DNA of 46,177 bases from a virus. Taxonomy: Duplodnaviria > Heunggongvirae > Uroviricota > Caudoviricetes. Of the stretch, positions 19,958-30,452 are shown piece by piece; the first letter of the stretch is position 1; each line of letters starts with the position of its first letter. Location of the stretch: IMG/VR virus record IMGVR_UViG_2627853910_000001; one strand, given 5' to 3'. Below the pieces are notes generated by a model. It searched no databases. It saw only the letters and a list, made by a program, of their open reading frames with translations, and was not told where the DNA came from. A program made the position numbers and the translations under genes.

Positions 19958-20490
19958 GCTCTACAGCCTCTTCTGCATTTAGCCATGTTTCCTGATCCAT
20001 TAGTTCAATTAATTTATCCTCAGAAAGCCCTGTTTTCTCCTTATATGCAGATAAAATACTATCTCGTATCTTATCCATCATCTCAGCAATATCACGTAGT
20101 TCATCCGCATCACCAGCAGCAAATGTCCACGGATTATGGATCATCATCATAGCATTAGATGGGATAACAACTTTATCACCTGCCATTGCAATAATGGTTG
20201 CAGCCGATGCAGCAATACCATCAATATAAACAGTAATATTAGCCTTATGACGTTTTAATGAAGAAAGAATAGCTTGAGCAGTAAAAAACAGAACCACCAT
20301 AACTATTAATTTTTACGTTGATAGCATTTGATGATATATCCTTTAATTTATTAACTATGTCAGAAGAAAAAACCTCATCAAATTCGCCAATATATCCGTA
20401 GATTAAAAGTTCAGCCGGAGAGTCATCTTCACCCGTGCTATTTTTTATTTCCCACCAATTAGGCATCATCTGTCTCCATATTTTGTTCAT
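19869..20490 (-). CDS. Head maturation protease (S49/ClpP-like, gpC-like), frame interrupted at a homopolymer
   Basis: N-part ORF 20245-20490 (INSYGGSV) and C-part ORF 19869-20300 (IDGIAASAATIIAMAGDKVV) are two halves in different frames; shift maps to A6 run at 20283-20288. Confidence 0.65.
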
Positions 20491-20627
20491 TTACCTCAGA
20501 AACAGGAGGCGTAATCAGCCCCAACTCACGGCGAGCATTCTCTTCTCTGCCACAAATTTGTGCGGTTTCTTCCCAGTTAAGACCTGACATTTCAGCCGCT
20601 TCCTTTTCACGGGTAGAGAATGTTTCC

Positions 20628-22034
20628 TCAACACGCCAGTTTTGCAGCTTTGACTTCTTTAAGGGGATCTAATTGGCCTTGTGATGGGCCATACCATTGA
20701 GCGCCACTCCATGCAGCGCGATATTCAGGCCCATAAAAAAAACCAGGGGCAATAACACGACCTTTAGCAACGGCTTCGGCCAACCATTCCTCATAGATCG
20801 GTTGGCAAAATGACTGAACCATCCAGTCACGTCGCATACGGAACATTTTCCAGGCTTCAAGTAATGCGGCCCTGCTTGCGCTATAACTTGCTGTAAAATG
20901 CTTTACCAAGAGTTCGTAAGGGAGTTCTAAAGCAGCCCCAATTTGACGGCATATGGCGACAACAAAACCATCAAATGCCGTATTTGGTCGCCCGGGATTT
21001 GCTGTATCTATCGACTCACCTTCACCCAAACTTACTATGGAGCCATTCCCCATTTCTTGGGTGTTATCATCATGGTTATCGATCTGCTCGTACTGAGGGA
21101 TACCCGATTCACCGACTGGTCCATCAGGAGCGTCTGTTTTAATAAAGACAGTAAACATCCCTGACACAACCGCAGCAACCAATTCAGCATCGGTGTATCG
21201 TCCTAACTGCTTCAATGCTTCAATAACAGGAGCAAGGACAGGAACGCCACGGCGTTGCCCAGGCCTTTCAAAATCCTGCATGACATGCAGAATATTTCTT
21301 CTTCCTGTTTTACTCCCATATGCGGGAATACGTTCCCACTTGCGGGTTACAAAACCAGAAGTCCCGGCTGGGTGATGTTTTGCAACCCAGTACGCCACAG
21401 GCTCGCTAAATTCACCAACCTCTACGCCACCGTAAAGATTTGGTATAAAACGATCCTCTGGATTGCAAACACGATCACCTTCAATTAAATAGACGCACAA
21501 ATCATATATAACACCCTTACGCTTAATAACTGGTAGCGCAGCAAATATATCGCCAGATGTTAACGCAGATATTTGGACCAATGATTGCAATTGTCCAAAA
21601 GTACACATTCTTGATGCATCACAATTTGGAGAATCAGCCCATAATCTAAACTCACGCTCAACATGCTTTTCCCATGCTCGCGCTTCTTCCTGCGTCATCC
21701 CCAAGAAATCGGCATCAATGTTCGCATTTAGTTTTAAACCGGAACCAACAACGTTTGTCCTGATAGTTTTTATTGCGCCAACCGATAGCGGGTTTCCCAT
21801 GAAGAGATCACGAGAACGCTCACGCAATTTATCTATATTTTTAACAATATCATCATCAGGAGAACCAGCTTTACTAAACCAACCCCTTAATGATTTTTTA
21901 TGAGTGCTTGCACCATGACGTGAATATCCAAGGTTATTAATACCTTCAAGTGCTTCTAACCGTTTTCTTGCCAAAGCTCGATTTAATGCCCTCTGAGGTG
22001 AAAACGGCGCAATAACTCGATCAAGAATATTCAT
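20628..22034 (-). CDS. Portal protein (lambda gpB-like)
   Basis: 468 aa between gpW-like and protease genes. Confidence 0.8.
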   Translation of the reverse strand: MNILDRVIAPFSPQRALNRALARKRLEALEGINNLGYSRHGASTHKKSLRGWFSKAGSPDDDIVKNIDKLRERSRDLFMGNPLSVGAIKTIRTNVVGSGLKLNANIDADFLGMTQEEARAWEKHVEREFRLWADSPNCDASRMCTFGQLQSLVQISALTSGDIFAALPVIKRKGVIYDLCVYLIEGDRVCNPEDRFIPNLYGGVEVGEFSEPVAYWVAKHHPAGTSGFVTRKWERIPAYGSKTGRRNILHVMQDFERPGQRRGVPVLAPVIEALKQLGRYTDAELVAAVVSGMFTVFIKTDAPDGPVGESGIPQYEQIDNHDDNTQEMGNGSIVSLGEGESIDTANPGRPNTAFDGFVVAICRQIGAALELPYELLVKHFTASYSASRAALLEAWKMFRMRRDWMVQSFCQPIYEEWLAEAVAKGRVIAPGFFYGPEYRAAWSGAQWYGPSQGQLDPLKEVKAAKLAC

Positions 22035-22270
22035 AAATCTCTTATCACCACTCGTTTAATTCGTGGGCCTCGGCGTATACCTGCTGATAATCTTTCTACT
22101 TCATTACGCCAGTAATCCATCTCTTTTCTGACTTCTGATAAATCCGCACGAGTTAACTGCCGCGTACCAAATTTATATGACTGACCGCCAATAGCAATAG
22201 CGCGATATGCTTCCCGCCAGACAGATAACATCTCTCTGGCTTCAGTCAGAGAAAATGCTTCATTGTTCAT
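22031..22270 (-). CDS. Head-tail joining protein gpW-like
   Basis: 79 aa between terminase large subunit and portal, as in lambda. Confidence 0.45.
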   Translation of the reverse strand: MNNEAFSLTEAREMLSVWREAYRAIAIGGQSYKFGTRQLTRADLSEVRKEMDYWRNEVERLSAGIRRGPRIKRVVIRDL

Positions 22271-22281
22271 TTATATTTCCT

Positions 22282-24138
22282 CTATATGGTTACGCCTTTA
22301 CTTATAACTCTACGGCGTCTTCTACGTATACCTGACGAGTTCTGCACATACACATTACCTCGCATTTCCTGTTCGGCAAGCCAGTTAAAATTAGGGTTCA
22401 GAATTTCCATCGCGGCAGTTGCATAGTTACGGCAATCAAGAGGCTCGTTACGCTCGTAGACTTTCACCCACTTTTCTTTTGTCTGCCCATTTTTATATTC
22501 AAATATTTTCTTCTCTGATAATAATCCTTTAAAGTATTCGGTATCATATCCTCTGTCAGAATCTAATGGGAAATGCATATAACCAGGACCAGGATCATGT
22601 AGTTTAATTCTTGCCATGATGGTCCCTTTACCATCATCAACCCCCAAATTAAACAACATAGCACCCACACGGTTATTATTACTTGGCTTTCCTATAAATG
22701 GTAAACCTACCCCACCACGCCCCCTGATAGAGTATATTCGCCTTGATTCTCTCGGCTTAGTAAAGCGATATACCTCTGTCGTAAAATGCCCACCAGAGTC
22801 AATACAAACGGAAGAAATCTGTAATTTTCGACCGTCACGGAATGACCAGCTACGGAGTAAGTATTCATCAAGTTGTTTCCAGACAACATCTTGTGCGGGA
22901 TCACCTGGGAATATTTTATATTCTATCCCCCATGACTCCTTACCTTTTCCCCAACCGACCAATTCACAAACTAAATACGTGTCCTGTACGTCAACACCAG
23001 CACTTAACAATAAAACATCATCTGGTAAAAACTCTTCAAACCTTATTCTGCGTTGCAACAAGTATTCAGGATCGATATCGTCTTTAGCATCCTCTTTCCA
23101 TGGCTCACCCAGCTTAAGGTTAATAAACTCCATTAATCCATTTTTATCGCGGTTTCTGGTTGCTTCCGTAAATTCTTCAACCAGCTCTGACAATGCAACC
23201 CACGGGGAGTAAAGACTGTTAATATGAAAACCAACAATACCTTTAACTCCAGTATGTTCAGCTATCCATACCCCCTTCGCCAACCAATCAACGTCTGGTT
23301 TACCAGATCCGCGCATAATCCCGCCGCACTCACAGCACTCATATCTGGCCGTTTCCGGTAACGCCTCACCTGAATCGCTCTTATCCCATCTGACTTGCGA
23401 CCATTTCATCACCTGCATGGTGCCACAACATGGGCAAGGAACATGGTAGTAACGCTGATCGGAGAGCTTAAACCACTTGTGGATTTTGCTCGTTTCCTCC
23501 AAAACAGGAGTAGAAACAAAAACTTTCTTACGATTATGAAAGTTGGTAGTACGCTGAATACCTAGTTTTAGTGGGTCGCCCTCCTGCGTCACACCGTAAC
23601 GATCAATCTCATCAGCTAACAGTATTCGAATTGGCCTGGATGCAAGACCTGCTGGGGAATTAGCACCAACAAGTGCTATATATCCACCAGCGTAATGCTT
23701 CATACGTATAGTCGTGCTGGACTTTTTGGCTGCACCGCGCCCCTCTTTCCCTTCATGCAGCTTGTGTTTCAAACCAGGGGAATATTTGAACGTCGGATCA
23801 ATACGCTCTTTTGAAAAAGCCTCAGCCGCCTCTACCGTTGGATAAATCATCAACTGAGGAGATGGCTCCTGATCTGCAAAGTAACCCATAACATTTAGCT
23901 GTAATTCGGATTTACCAATTTGCGAGCTACATTGCATCACTACTGTTTCTGTATCAGCGTCACCAATAACATCCATTGGTTCACGCAAATATGGCACTCG
24001 GCTTGTACGCCACGGCCCTGGCTCTGGAGACGTTCCCGGCGCTACATGACGATACTTATCAGCCCATTCGGAAACAGTTAGCCGTGATTTAGGGCGAAGC
24101 GCACGGAAAAAAGCGGTGCTCCATACTGTTTCGCCCAT
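22282..24138 (-). CDS. Terminase large subunit (lambda gpA-like)
   Basis: 618 aa; CPCCG motif region resembling gpA zinc-binding segment. Confidence 0.85.
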   Translation of the reverse strand: MGETVWSTAFFRALRPKSRLTVSEWADKYRHVAPGTSPEPGPWRTSRVPYLREPMDVIGDADTETVVMQCSSQIGKSELQLNVMGYFADQEPSPQLMIYPTVEAAEAFSKERIDPTFKYSPGLKHKLHEGKEGRGAAKKSSTTIRMKHYAGGYIALVGANSPAGLASRPIRILLADEIDRYGVTQEGDPLKLGIQRTTNFHNRKKVFVSTPVLEETSKIHKWFKLSDQRYYHVPCPCCGTMQVMKWSQVRWDKSDSGEALPETARYECCECGGIMRGSGKPDVDWLAKGVWIAEHTGVKGIVGFHINSLYSPWVALSELVEEFTEATRNRDKNGLMEFINLKLGEPWKEDAKDDIDPEYLLQRRIRFEEFLPDDVLLLSAGVDVQDTYLVCELVGWGKGKESWGIEYKIFPGDPAQDVVWKQLDEYLLRSWSFRDGRKLQISSVCIDSGGHFTTEVYRFTKPRESRRIYSIRGRGGVGLPFIGKPSNNNRVGAMLFNLGVDDGKGTIMARIKLHDPGPGYMHFPLDSDRGYDTEYFKGLLSEKKIFEYKNGQTKEKWVKVYERNEPLDCRNYATAAMEILNPNFNWLAEQEMRGNVYVQNSSGIRRRRRRVISKGVTI

Positions 24139-24143
24139 GAGGT

Positions 24144-24704
24144 TTATTCTTCCTGCTTAATAAATCGGGATTCCTGGAGCGCCTGAAGCGCAAAATTAAT
24201 CTCGTCTTCAATAATGCGTTCGATCTCCCTGGCTGTTTTGCCTTCACAACGGGGAGCAGCTCTTGGAGCAATACTAAATAAGCGGCTACGCAATTCATTA
24301 GCTGCCAGAAATGCATCATCCCTGACCGCATCTTTAGCGATGAGAGAGCCTTCCTTTTCTTCAAATTCAAGGCGTTTCAGCTTTGCCTGATAAATTTTTT
24401 CTGCGGTCTTAGCCTTGTTGAATTGCACCGCAACACCGGAAGTACCACCAGCTAATCCGGCATCATCAGCGGGTAACTCTGGTTGTTCCGAAGATATCCC
24501 ATGCCCTCTTTTTCCATTTTCAGCAGATACCTCACGACCAACCTGTCGGCTCGCTTCATAAGCCGCACTGGCTTTATCAAAATCCAGCTTGCCGCTTTTC
24601 AGCACTGGAATGCGACCGGAACGACAGAGCTTCGTAACCATTGCCGGAGAAATACCTTTCCGGCGGGCAAACTCTGACTTACTGACGATGGCCATTACTT
24701 GCAA
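24144..24704 (-). CDS. Terminase small subunit (Nu1-like, N-terminal HTH)
   Basis: 186 aa immediately upstream of terL; SKSEFARRKGISPAMVTKL HTH. Confidence 0.55.
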   Translation of the reverse strand: MQVMAIVSKSEFARRKGISPAMVTKLCRSGRIPVLKSGKLDFDKASAAYEASRQVGREVSAENGKRGHGISSEQPELPADDAGLAGGTSGVAVQFNKAKTAEKIYQAKLKRLEFEEKEGSLIAKDAVRDDAFLAANELRSRLFSIAPRAAPRCEGKTAREIERIIEDEINFALQALQESRFIKQEE

Positions 24705-25285
24705 CCATTAGCAAGATACTGAACAAATCCCTCATGCGTTTCATGCGCGTCGTGGTACTGACGATAAACATCCAGCAACAATGCAATTTCCATATCCGTC
24801 GCGGGAATACGTTCTTTATCAATAGCCAGGTACTTAATTTGAACAACAGGGGAAGAATTATCGTCTTCTTCCTGCGGCTGTTCATCGCTTAACATTTCGT
24901 CAAGCTCTGCATCATTAAACCCAAGCAGATCAATATCAAAATCATCATCCATTAACTCTTTGACTTCTTCGGCCAGAAGCTGCATATCCCAGCCAGCATT
25001 TAAGGCCAGCTTGTTATCTGCAATCCTGTACGCCTTCTTCTGTTTTTCAGAAAGGTTACTCAACCGAATCGCCGGAACTTTATCCATTTCCAGAATTTCG
25101 GCTGCTGCAAGCCGCCCATGCCCCGCAATCAGTTCATTCTTTTCATCGATCAGCACAGGATTAGTGAAACCGAACTCACGGATACTGTTCACCAACTGTT
25201 CAACTTGCTCATCTGAATGAGTCCGTGAATTTTTGGCATATCTGAGCAGCTTACCGACTGGTAAATATTCGATTTTTAGAGCCAT
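24695..25285 (-). CDS. ParB/Srx-fold (ParB-like nuclease domain) protein, copy 1
   Basis: GHGR motif in ParB N-terminal-like domain; overlaps terS start by 10 nt; paralogue of 27952-28575. Confidence 0.6.
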   Translation of the reverse strand: MALKIEYLPVGKLLRYAKNSRTHSDEQVEQLVNSIREFGFTNPVLIDEKNELIAGHGRLAAAEILEMDKVPAIRLSNLSEKQKKAYRIADNKLALNAGWDMQLLAEEVKELMDDDFDIDLLGFNDAELDEMLSDEQPQEEDDNSSPVVQIKYLAIDKERIPATDMEIALLLDVYRQYHDAHETHEGFVQYLANGCK

Positions 25286-25842
25286 TTTTTAACCGCCATA
25301 ACACAACAGGTTAAAGAAAACTGTTTAACTTATTGATACTAAAAGAGAAAAATGACGATCTTTTTACTCATAAAAAATCACACAAACCAGCATAATTATA
25401 TGATTTTATTAAGTTTTTATAAGTAAAAAGGATCTTGCGATAGTGTTTTGGTTAAAAGATTGGATGTATTTGCATGATTTATAACGATTTTTATCAGAAC
25501 AACATCACATTGGTTAAAGATCTGCGCGTATCTTGATGATCTAAAAGAAAATTTTCTACTTTCTTTTTACCAGCACAAATACAGCAAAAAATCACGTTTT
25601 CCCGATATTTTTCAATGAGATGAGTAAATTTCTTTTACCGCAACTTTTAACCTAACTTTTTTCACGTTTAGCTAGCCGAACATCGGGGTTCGAATGACCC
25701 GCATCCAACGCTTTTGGCCAGAAGGACCCAATTCTGCCGGACGATGAAACGATGCTCGTGCCCACCCACAGACAGCCAGAGAGCGACGCTACAGAACACA
25801 GTGAATACACCTTGCATAACAACACCATCAACCACACGATGA
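25286..25842. other. AT-rich 557-bp non-coding region upstream of packaging genes
   Basis: No ORF of 60 aa or more on the minus strand; short repeats (TGGTTAAAGAT) and a few GATC sites. Confidence 0.4.
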
Positions 25843-26562
25843 TTAACGAGAGAACGTCTTAGAAAGGATGTCATCAATAGCCTTTGTGACTTCATCAGCA
25901 AACGCATCCTCACCAGCACGTAGCGCCACGCCATGCCAATCAAGACGCTGCGAATAGTTAGGTTGCTGGATAAACGTAAGGATCAACGTAGGACGCCGCC
26001 CAACGCGCTGCCAGACGCCTGGTTGAAGCGGGTTACTTGTACCAGGTCGAACAACAAAAAACTCCGTAGGCTTGCCCTGACGGCGATTTTGATGCGCATC
26101 TCGCTGAACTCTTAGGCCAGATAAGACCTGCTGTAATTGCCCCCGCGAAATATTCCCGTATTTGTCCAGCTTTGCGCCGGGACCAGGAGCAAGCTGCCAG
26201 CCGTTAGGCAAATATCCACCAGCCCTTAGCGCCCCTTCTGAGCGTTTGTACTGTCGTTGGCCACCTTCGATTTGCGGAGTCAACGTTACAGGGGCTGGCG
26301 TTCCTCCCCATTCACGAGCATACACAATGGCTGTAGGATCACTCTTCTTTGCGGCCAAAACGTAAGTAGAGTTCTGAATCCACGGCGTGGGCCTGTCAAA
26401 TACCCGATTAATTTCATTCTTAATCGCAGCCTGAGAAGCCTTTGCCGTTCTGGTTGCCGCAAGCGCCATTGCGAACGGCAATTCGCGTTCTTCAAGGCGC
26501 TGGAGTTGTCGTTGAATATCCTGAGAAGAAAAATCCATCTTTATCTCAATTCTGTCAGCCAC
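25843..26562 (-). CDS. Hypothetical protein
   Basis: 239-aa ORF, no recognised motif. Confidence 0.35.
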   Translation of the reverse strand: MADRIEIKMDFSSQDIQRQLQRLEERELPFAMALAATRTAKASQAAIKNEINRVFDRPTPWIQNSTYVLAAKKSDPTAIVYAREWGGTPAPVTLTPQIEGGQRQYKRSEGALRAGGYLPNGWQLAPGPGAKLDKYGNISRGQLQQVLSGLRVQRDAHQNRRQGKPTEFFVVRPGTSNPLQPGVWQRVGRRPTLILTFIQQPNYSQRLDWHGVALRAGEDAFADEVTKAIDDILSKTFSR

Positions 26563-26578
26563 CAGCGCCTCCTACACA

Positions 26579-27958
26579 CTACTTAATCAACGGCCGGAAA
26601 GCCGCCAGCACATCATCAGATCGTCCGATTGTTGAACCACCAGGCAACGGCAACTCAAACTCAAAACGAACAGCTTTCTCCAGACTCGCCCAACTAAGGG
26701 AATCATCGTTAATGACGTGCAAATACCAGCTCTTACAGTTGAATATTGACCGCTTAATCCTGAAACCATGTACACGACACAACTGCTTCACTTCATCATC
26801 AGAGTGAAACTTCTGGTAAAACCAGTGCCCCTTCCGGTACAACGCGGTAAAACCGTTATGATCAATAAAATAAAGCCGGCTTTTGGAACTCGCCGCTTGT
26901 GTTTGCTTCAGGACTGTTTCCAGCTCTCCACGGCTACGACCAGAAAAGAATATTGACCCACCAGCTTTACACAGGCCTTTTAGAACCGTCAGAACGGACC
27001 ATTCAGCCTCGACACTATCGACCGAGTTCAAAACGCTATCGCAAATCACGTAGTCGTAACGCCCTCGCGTTTTTAAGTCGTCCACCAGCGTATCAATCAT
27101 CCGGTTTGTTGCGGCCCTATCCAAAGTGTTTCCAGCGCCCTTACGGCGGAAAAGCTCGAGATCATGCAGGTTATATCCCTTTGCCCTGAGCATTCGCGCG
27201 TAGTCTCCCTGCCCCGAGCCAAAATCAATTCCTCTTGGCGTCTTGGCAATGATCGGGAGGATCAACGACTCATACAGGTTTGATTTCAGGCTGCCACCAT
27301 TACGCAACCGCATAAGCTGCGCATACGTCTGGATGTATGTTGTTTTCTCCAGATGAGAATACTCAAATACACCATAAGTTTTATTCAGATAACTTTGGTA
27401 TTTTTCCTTCTCAACATCAGGGATCACAAACACCGTTAGCGGTGTGCGCGTCATCTTCGCTGCTAATGCATACTGAGCACAGTGAATAACCTCACCAGAC
27501 TGAGTCGCAACACAACCACCCCACGGACCATACTTGATAACCAGTTCCGCTATGTTCTTTCGAACATATGCCATTTTCGCGCGCATATTGCCTGAGATCT
27601 GGCTTGCCGATACCTGAACAAAACCATGCTTATCTTCCAGACCTGACACCCTGCAACGCTCATCTCCGCTATCAAAATCCGTTCCGTTATGCAGTTGGTT
27701 AAACCGTACTTCGTCGTATACCGTCGTTTCACAGGGCAACACATACACCGCAGCACTCGTTATTCCCAATTTACGTAGCGCCTTCGTCCTTTGGTGTCCC
27801 GCCACCAGCAAATCGCCGCGCACTATCAATGGCTTCACAAGCCCCAGCTCCCTGACGCTTTCCGCCAGCCTCGCAAGATCATCCTCACCGATAAAACGCG
27901 GGTTATATTCCGCGCCGCGTAGGTGCGTTATGTCGTAATTGAGGTGAAGCATCAGCAC
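26579..27958 (-). CDS. ParB-N-like domain fused to class I SAM-dependent methyltransferase
   Basis: N-terminal VAGHQR ParB-like motif; C-terminal IDFGSGQG and YDYVICDSVL motifs typical of SAM methyltransferases. Confidence 0.6.
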   Translation of the reverse strand: MLMLHLNYDITHLRGAEYNPRFIGEDDLARLAESVRELGLVKPLIVRGDLLVAGHQRTKALRKLGITSAAVYVLPCETTVYDEVRFNQLHNGTDFDSGDERCRVSGLEDKHGFVQVSASQISGNMRAKMAYVRKNIAELVIKYGPWGGCVATQSGEVIHCAQYALAAKMTRTPLTVFVIPDVEKEKYQSYLNKTYGVFEYSHLEKTTYIQTYAQLMRLRNGGSLKSNLYESLILPIIAKTPRGIDFGSGQGDYARMLRAKGYNLHDLELFRRKGAGNTLDRAATNRMIDTLVDDLKTRGRYDYVICDSVLNSVDSVEAEWSVLTVLKGLCKAGGSIFFSGRSRGELETVLKQTQAASSKSRLYFIDHNGFTALYRKGHWFYQKFHSDDEVKQLCRVHGFRIKRSIFNCKSWYLHVINDDSLSWASLEKAVRFEFELPLPGGSTIGRSDDVLAAFRPLIK

Positions 27959-28575
27959 ACCTCCCCAGCCAGCAATGCGGATACAAATCCGATATAGCTG
28001 CCATTATCATCAACATAACGAGACACCGCGCAGTCAAAACGATCCGCTTCCTCATCCGTTGCTGGGATTTTATGACCTCCAAATGACAGGTACTGAACTT
28101 TTACGCCTGATTTGGCCTCATCCTTCTCAAATGGGATATCCATACCCTCTGTGTCATCGTAGACTGCCGCACTCAATAAGTTATCCAGTTCGCGCTGAGT
28201 AAAACCAATTGAGTCCAGAGCAAAATCATCGGCCGCAAGATCTGCAAGCTCCGCGCTTAACAGCTCTTCATCCCAACCAGCATTCAGCGGAATACGGTTG
28301 TCGGCCAGACGATATGCCTTCTTCTGATTCTCCGTTAGCCCTTCCAGAACAATGCAGGGAACATCATCCATCCCCAACTGAGTGGCCGCAGCAATTCGAC
28401 CATGACCAGCAATTACAACGTTGTTCTCGTCTATCAGGATCGGATTAGTCCATCCGTACTCCTGTATGCTGGCAACAATCTGATCTACCTGCTCCACGGA
28501 GTGTGTGCGAGCGTTCTTTTCATAACCAATCAACACAGAAAGTGGTAAAGAAACCACATTAAGATGTTTTGTCAT
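27952..28575 (-). CDS. ParB/Srx-fold (ParB-like nuclease domain) protein, copy 2
   Basis: Paralogue of 24695-25285 (IAGHGR, NQKKAYRLADN, LNAGWD); overlaps downstream gene start. Confidence 0.6.
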   Translation of the reverse strand: MTKHLNVVSLPLSVLIGYEKNARTHSVEQVDQIVASIQEYGWTNPILIDENNVVIAGHGRIAAATQLGMDDVPCIVLEGLTENQKKAYRLADNRIPLNAGWDEELLSAELADLAADDFALDSIGFTQRELDNLLSAAVYDDTEGMDIPFEKDEAKSGVKVQYLSFGGHKIPATDEEADRFDCAVSRYVDDNGSYIGFVSALLAGEVC

Positions 28576-28810
28576 GCCGTTTATCCGCTAAAATCCCCTC
28601 GCTTGTGCAAGCAAGTGGGCCTCGGTTTGTATCCACGGCACCCTGTGGGTATGAATGACTGTCGTCAGGTCGCAACTGACGGCGGTCGCCCACCTTCCAG
28701 TAATAAAAAAGCAACCAGCATTAACTCTACAGCGAGCTGGAGTTAATGAGGCAGCTTTGGTTTGCGCATTATCGCAGCCCCTGGTAAGCACAAGAGCTGC
28801 TGTAATGCTA

Positions 28811-28840
28811 AAAAAACAAAACCACCCGCAGGTGGTTTTA
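28811..28840 (-). terminator. Terminator hairpin ACCACC-CGCA-GGTGGT with A-run/T-run flanks
   Basis: 6-bp GC-rich stem flanked by A6 and T4; follows the minus-strand gene ending at 28868. Confidence 0.5.
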
Positions 28841-28867
28841 TAAATAAATAGCAAACAGGTATCTGCA

Positions 28868-29275
28868 CTAATCAGATAAACCAAACTTCTTCTTTGCCAA
28901 TGACTTGAGAAGTTCTACACCAACATCCTTCATAACAGCCAATGGCTCATTGCTAATTTCTTTTAGTCTAGCGAAAACATCTTTGCTCTCTAGTGCACAG
29001 GCAAAATCCTGTCCCTCTGTAGTCAATCTAATATCTACATCAACAGTCCTCATTCCTGCAAAGGAATTAACATAGCCAAGACGCAGAGGATCACGCGTTT
29101 CCATCTTCATATTGCTGATAAAACCTTGCTCAATCAATTGCATATAATGAAACATGCCCTTTTCTGAGGCTATATCAAACCCCGCATCTCTTAGTTGATT
29201 TACTGTTATGAACGTGCTTTCTGAATCCAAAAACACAGTCAGCATCTTTTTTAGATAATCTAGATCGGTGCGCAT
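28868..29275 (-). CDS. Hypothetical protein
   Basis: Start set at internal ATG preceded by AAGGAGG RBS (29281-29287). Confidence 0.4.
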   Translation of the reverse strand: MRTDLDYLKKMLTVFLDSESTFITVNQLRDAGFDIASEKGMFHYMQLIEQGFISNMKMETRDPLRLGYVNSFAGMRTVDVDIRLTTEGQDFACALESKDVFARLKEISNEPLAVMKDVGVELLKSLAKKKFGLSD

Positions 29276-29721
29276 TTTACCCTCCTTAAATGGAACGCAA
29301 ATGTTACACAACCTTTAAAAAAGACACATTGTTTTATTTATGCCTCATTTTAATCGACCAATTACTGCCTAAATTTATCAATCAATAATTGCTACCGCTT
29401 ACGCCGAAAAGCTCTCTGCGCCACTAAGATGCGCCACAGGACACCAGCAATAACCACCAGCGAGATACAAAAACACACGGCCACAACCATCAGAAAAAAT
29501 GCCAAGACCATTCATGAAACTATCCATTTTTCAATGAATACCTCCAGTAATATCAAGAGATACGCCGTACCCAGCGCGGTTCCTACCGATATAGCTAAGA
29601 CAAACCTCAAAGATAACGAGGTATCTTTCGCTTTTCTCCCAGACGTAAGCGCCAGCCAGAAATACCAACAAATCTCTTATTGGAAGCGGAAACCAGAACA
29701 AATCACTCGGCAAGTCCACGG

Positions 29722-30177
29722 TTATATCCTTCCATTCATTTTTATCGGATGACCAGATAGCCTTACGCAGTTGAGCTGTAAAGCTCCGGTATCAACTAAC
29801 TGATCAACTAACATGATTAGAGCTTCATATTCAGACTGATAGCTAACCTGACGCATTCGACCGCCGTTGTTCTCCAGAATGTCGGCCACCTTTGCAGCCA
29901 ACTCGCTTAGACAGGAGAACTTATTCCCATATATCGTTTTATACTCGCGCTTCTGGCATTCTTCGGCTTGCGGCTGGTTATCGAGAGCTATCAGCGACCG
30001 ATGGCTATCAAGGAAGTCCACAATCTCATTCAGGCACTCTTTGGCTGCCTCATCGTGACTTTTTCCGTATGCTTCATGGAGGACTTTCATCCTCATCATT
30101 GCTCCGTCACACATAATCGAAAGCGCGTAAAGCACATCACTAATCGCCATTTCTTTTTTGGTGCTTGTCGAAGGCAT
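29722..30177 (-). CDS. Hypothetical protein
   Basis: 151-aa ORF in accessory cassette. Confidence 0.4.
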   Translation of the reverse strand: MPSTSTKKEMAISDVLYALSIMCDGAMMRMKVLHEAYGKSHDEAAKECLNEIVDFLDSHRSLIALDNQPQAEECQKREYKTIYGNKFSCLSELAAKVADILENNGGRMRQVSYQSEYEALIMLVDQLVDTGALQLNCVRLSGHPIKMNGRI

Positions 30178-30251
30178 CCCATGTTCTCCTTTGTCTGGAT
30201 GTAAAAAAGCCCCGGCAATTGCCGAGGCTCGTTGTTCGTTATCGTTACGGT

Positions 30252-30452
30252 TTAATGCTCGCGTCGTCCGGCGACAACTTCGGATTTGTATTTCAGGTCG
30301 CCCAGCAAGAATTGCAGCTTAAGCATCTTTGCCGCCGTGTAGTTCCCTGATTCCACAACCTCTTTCATGAGGTCATAAACGGCCGCTACATCATCAGCCA
30401 GGAACTCTTTGCGTTGCTGCTCAGTCGCACGTTTGAAGGAAATACGCATCAC
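30252..30452 (-). CDS. Hypothetical small protein
   Basis: 66-aa ORF overlapping upstream stop (coupled). Confidence 0.3.
   Translation of the reverse strand: MMRISFKRATEQQRKEFLADDVAAVYDLMKEVVESGNYTAAKMLKLQFLLGDLKYKSEVVAGRREH

Noticed and set aside
22616-23212. 198-aa plus-strand ORF inside the terminase large subunit gene
   Set aside because: Antisense to a well-supported gene; Ser/Pro-rich low-complexity translation
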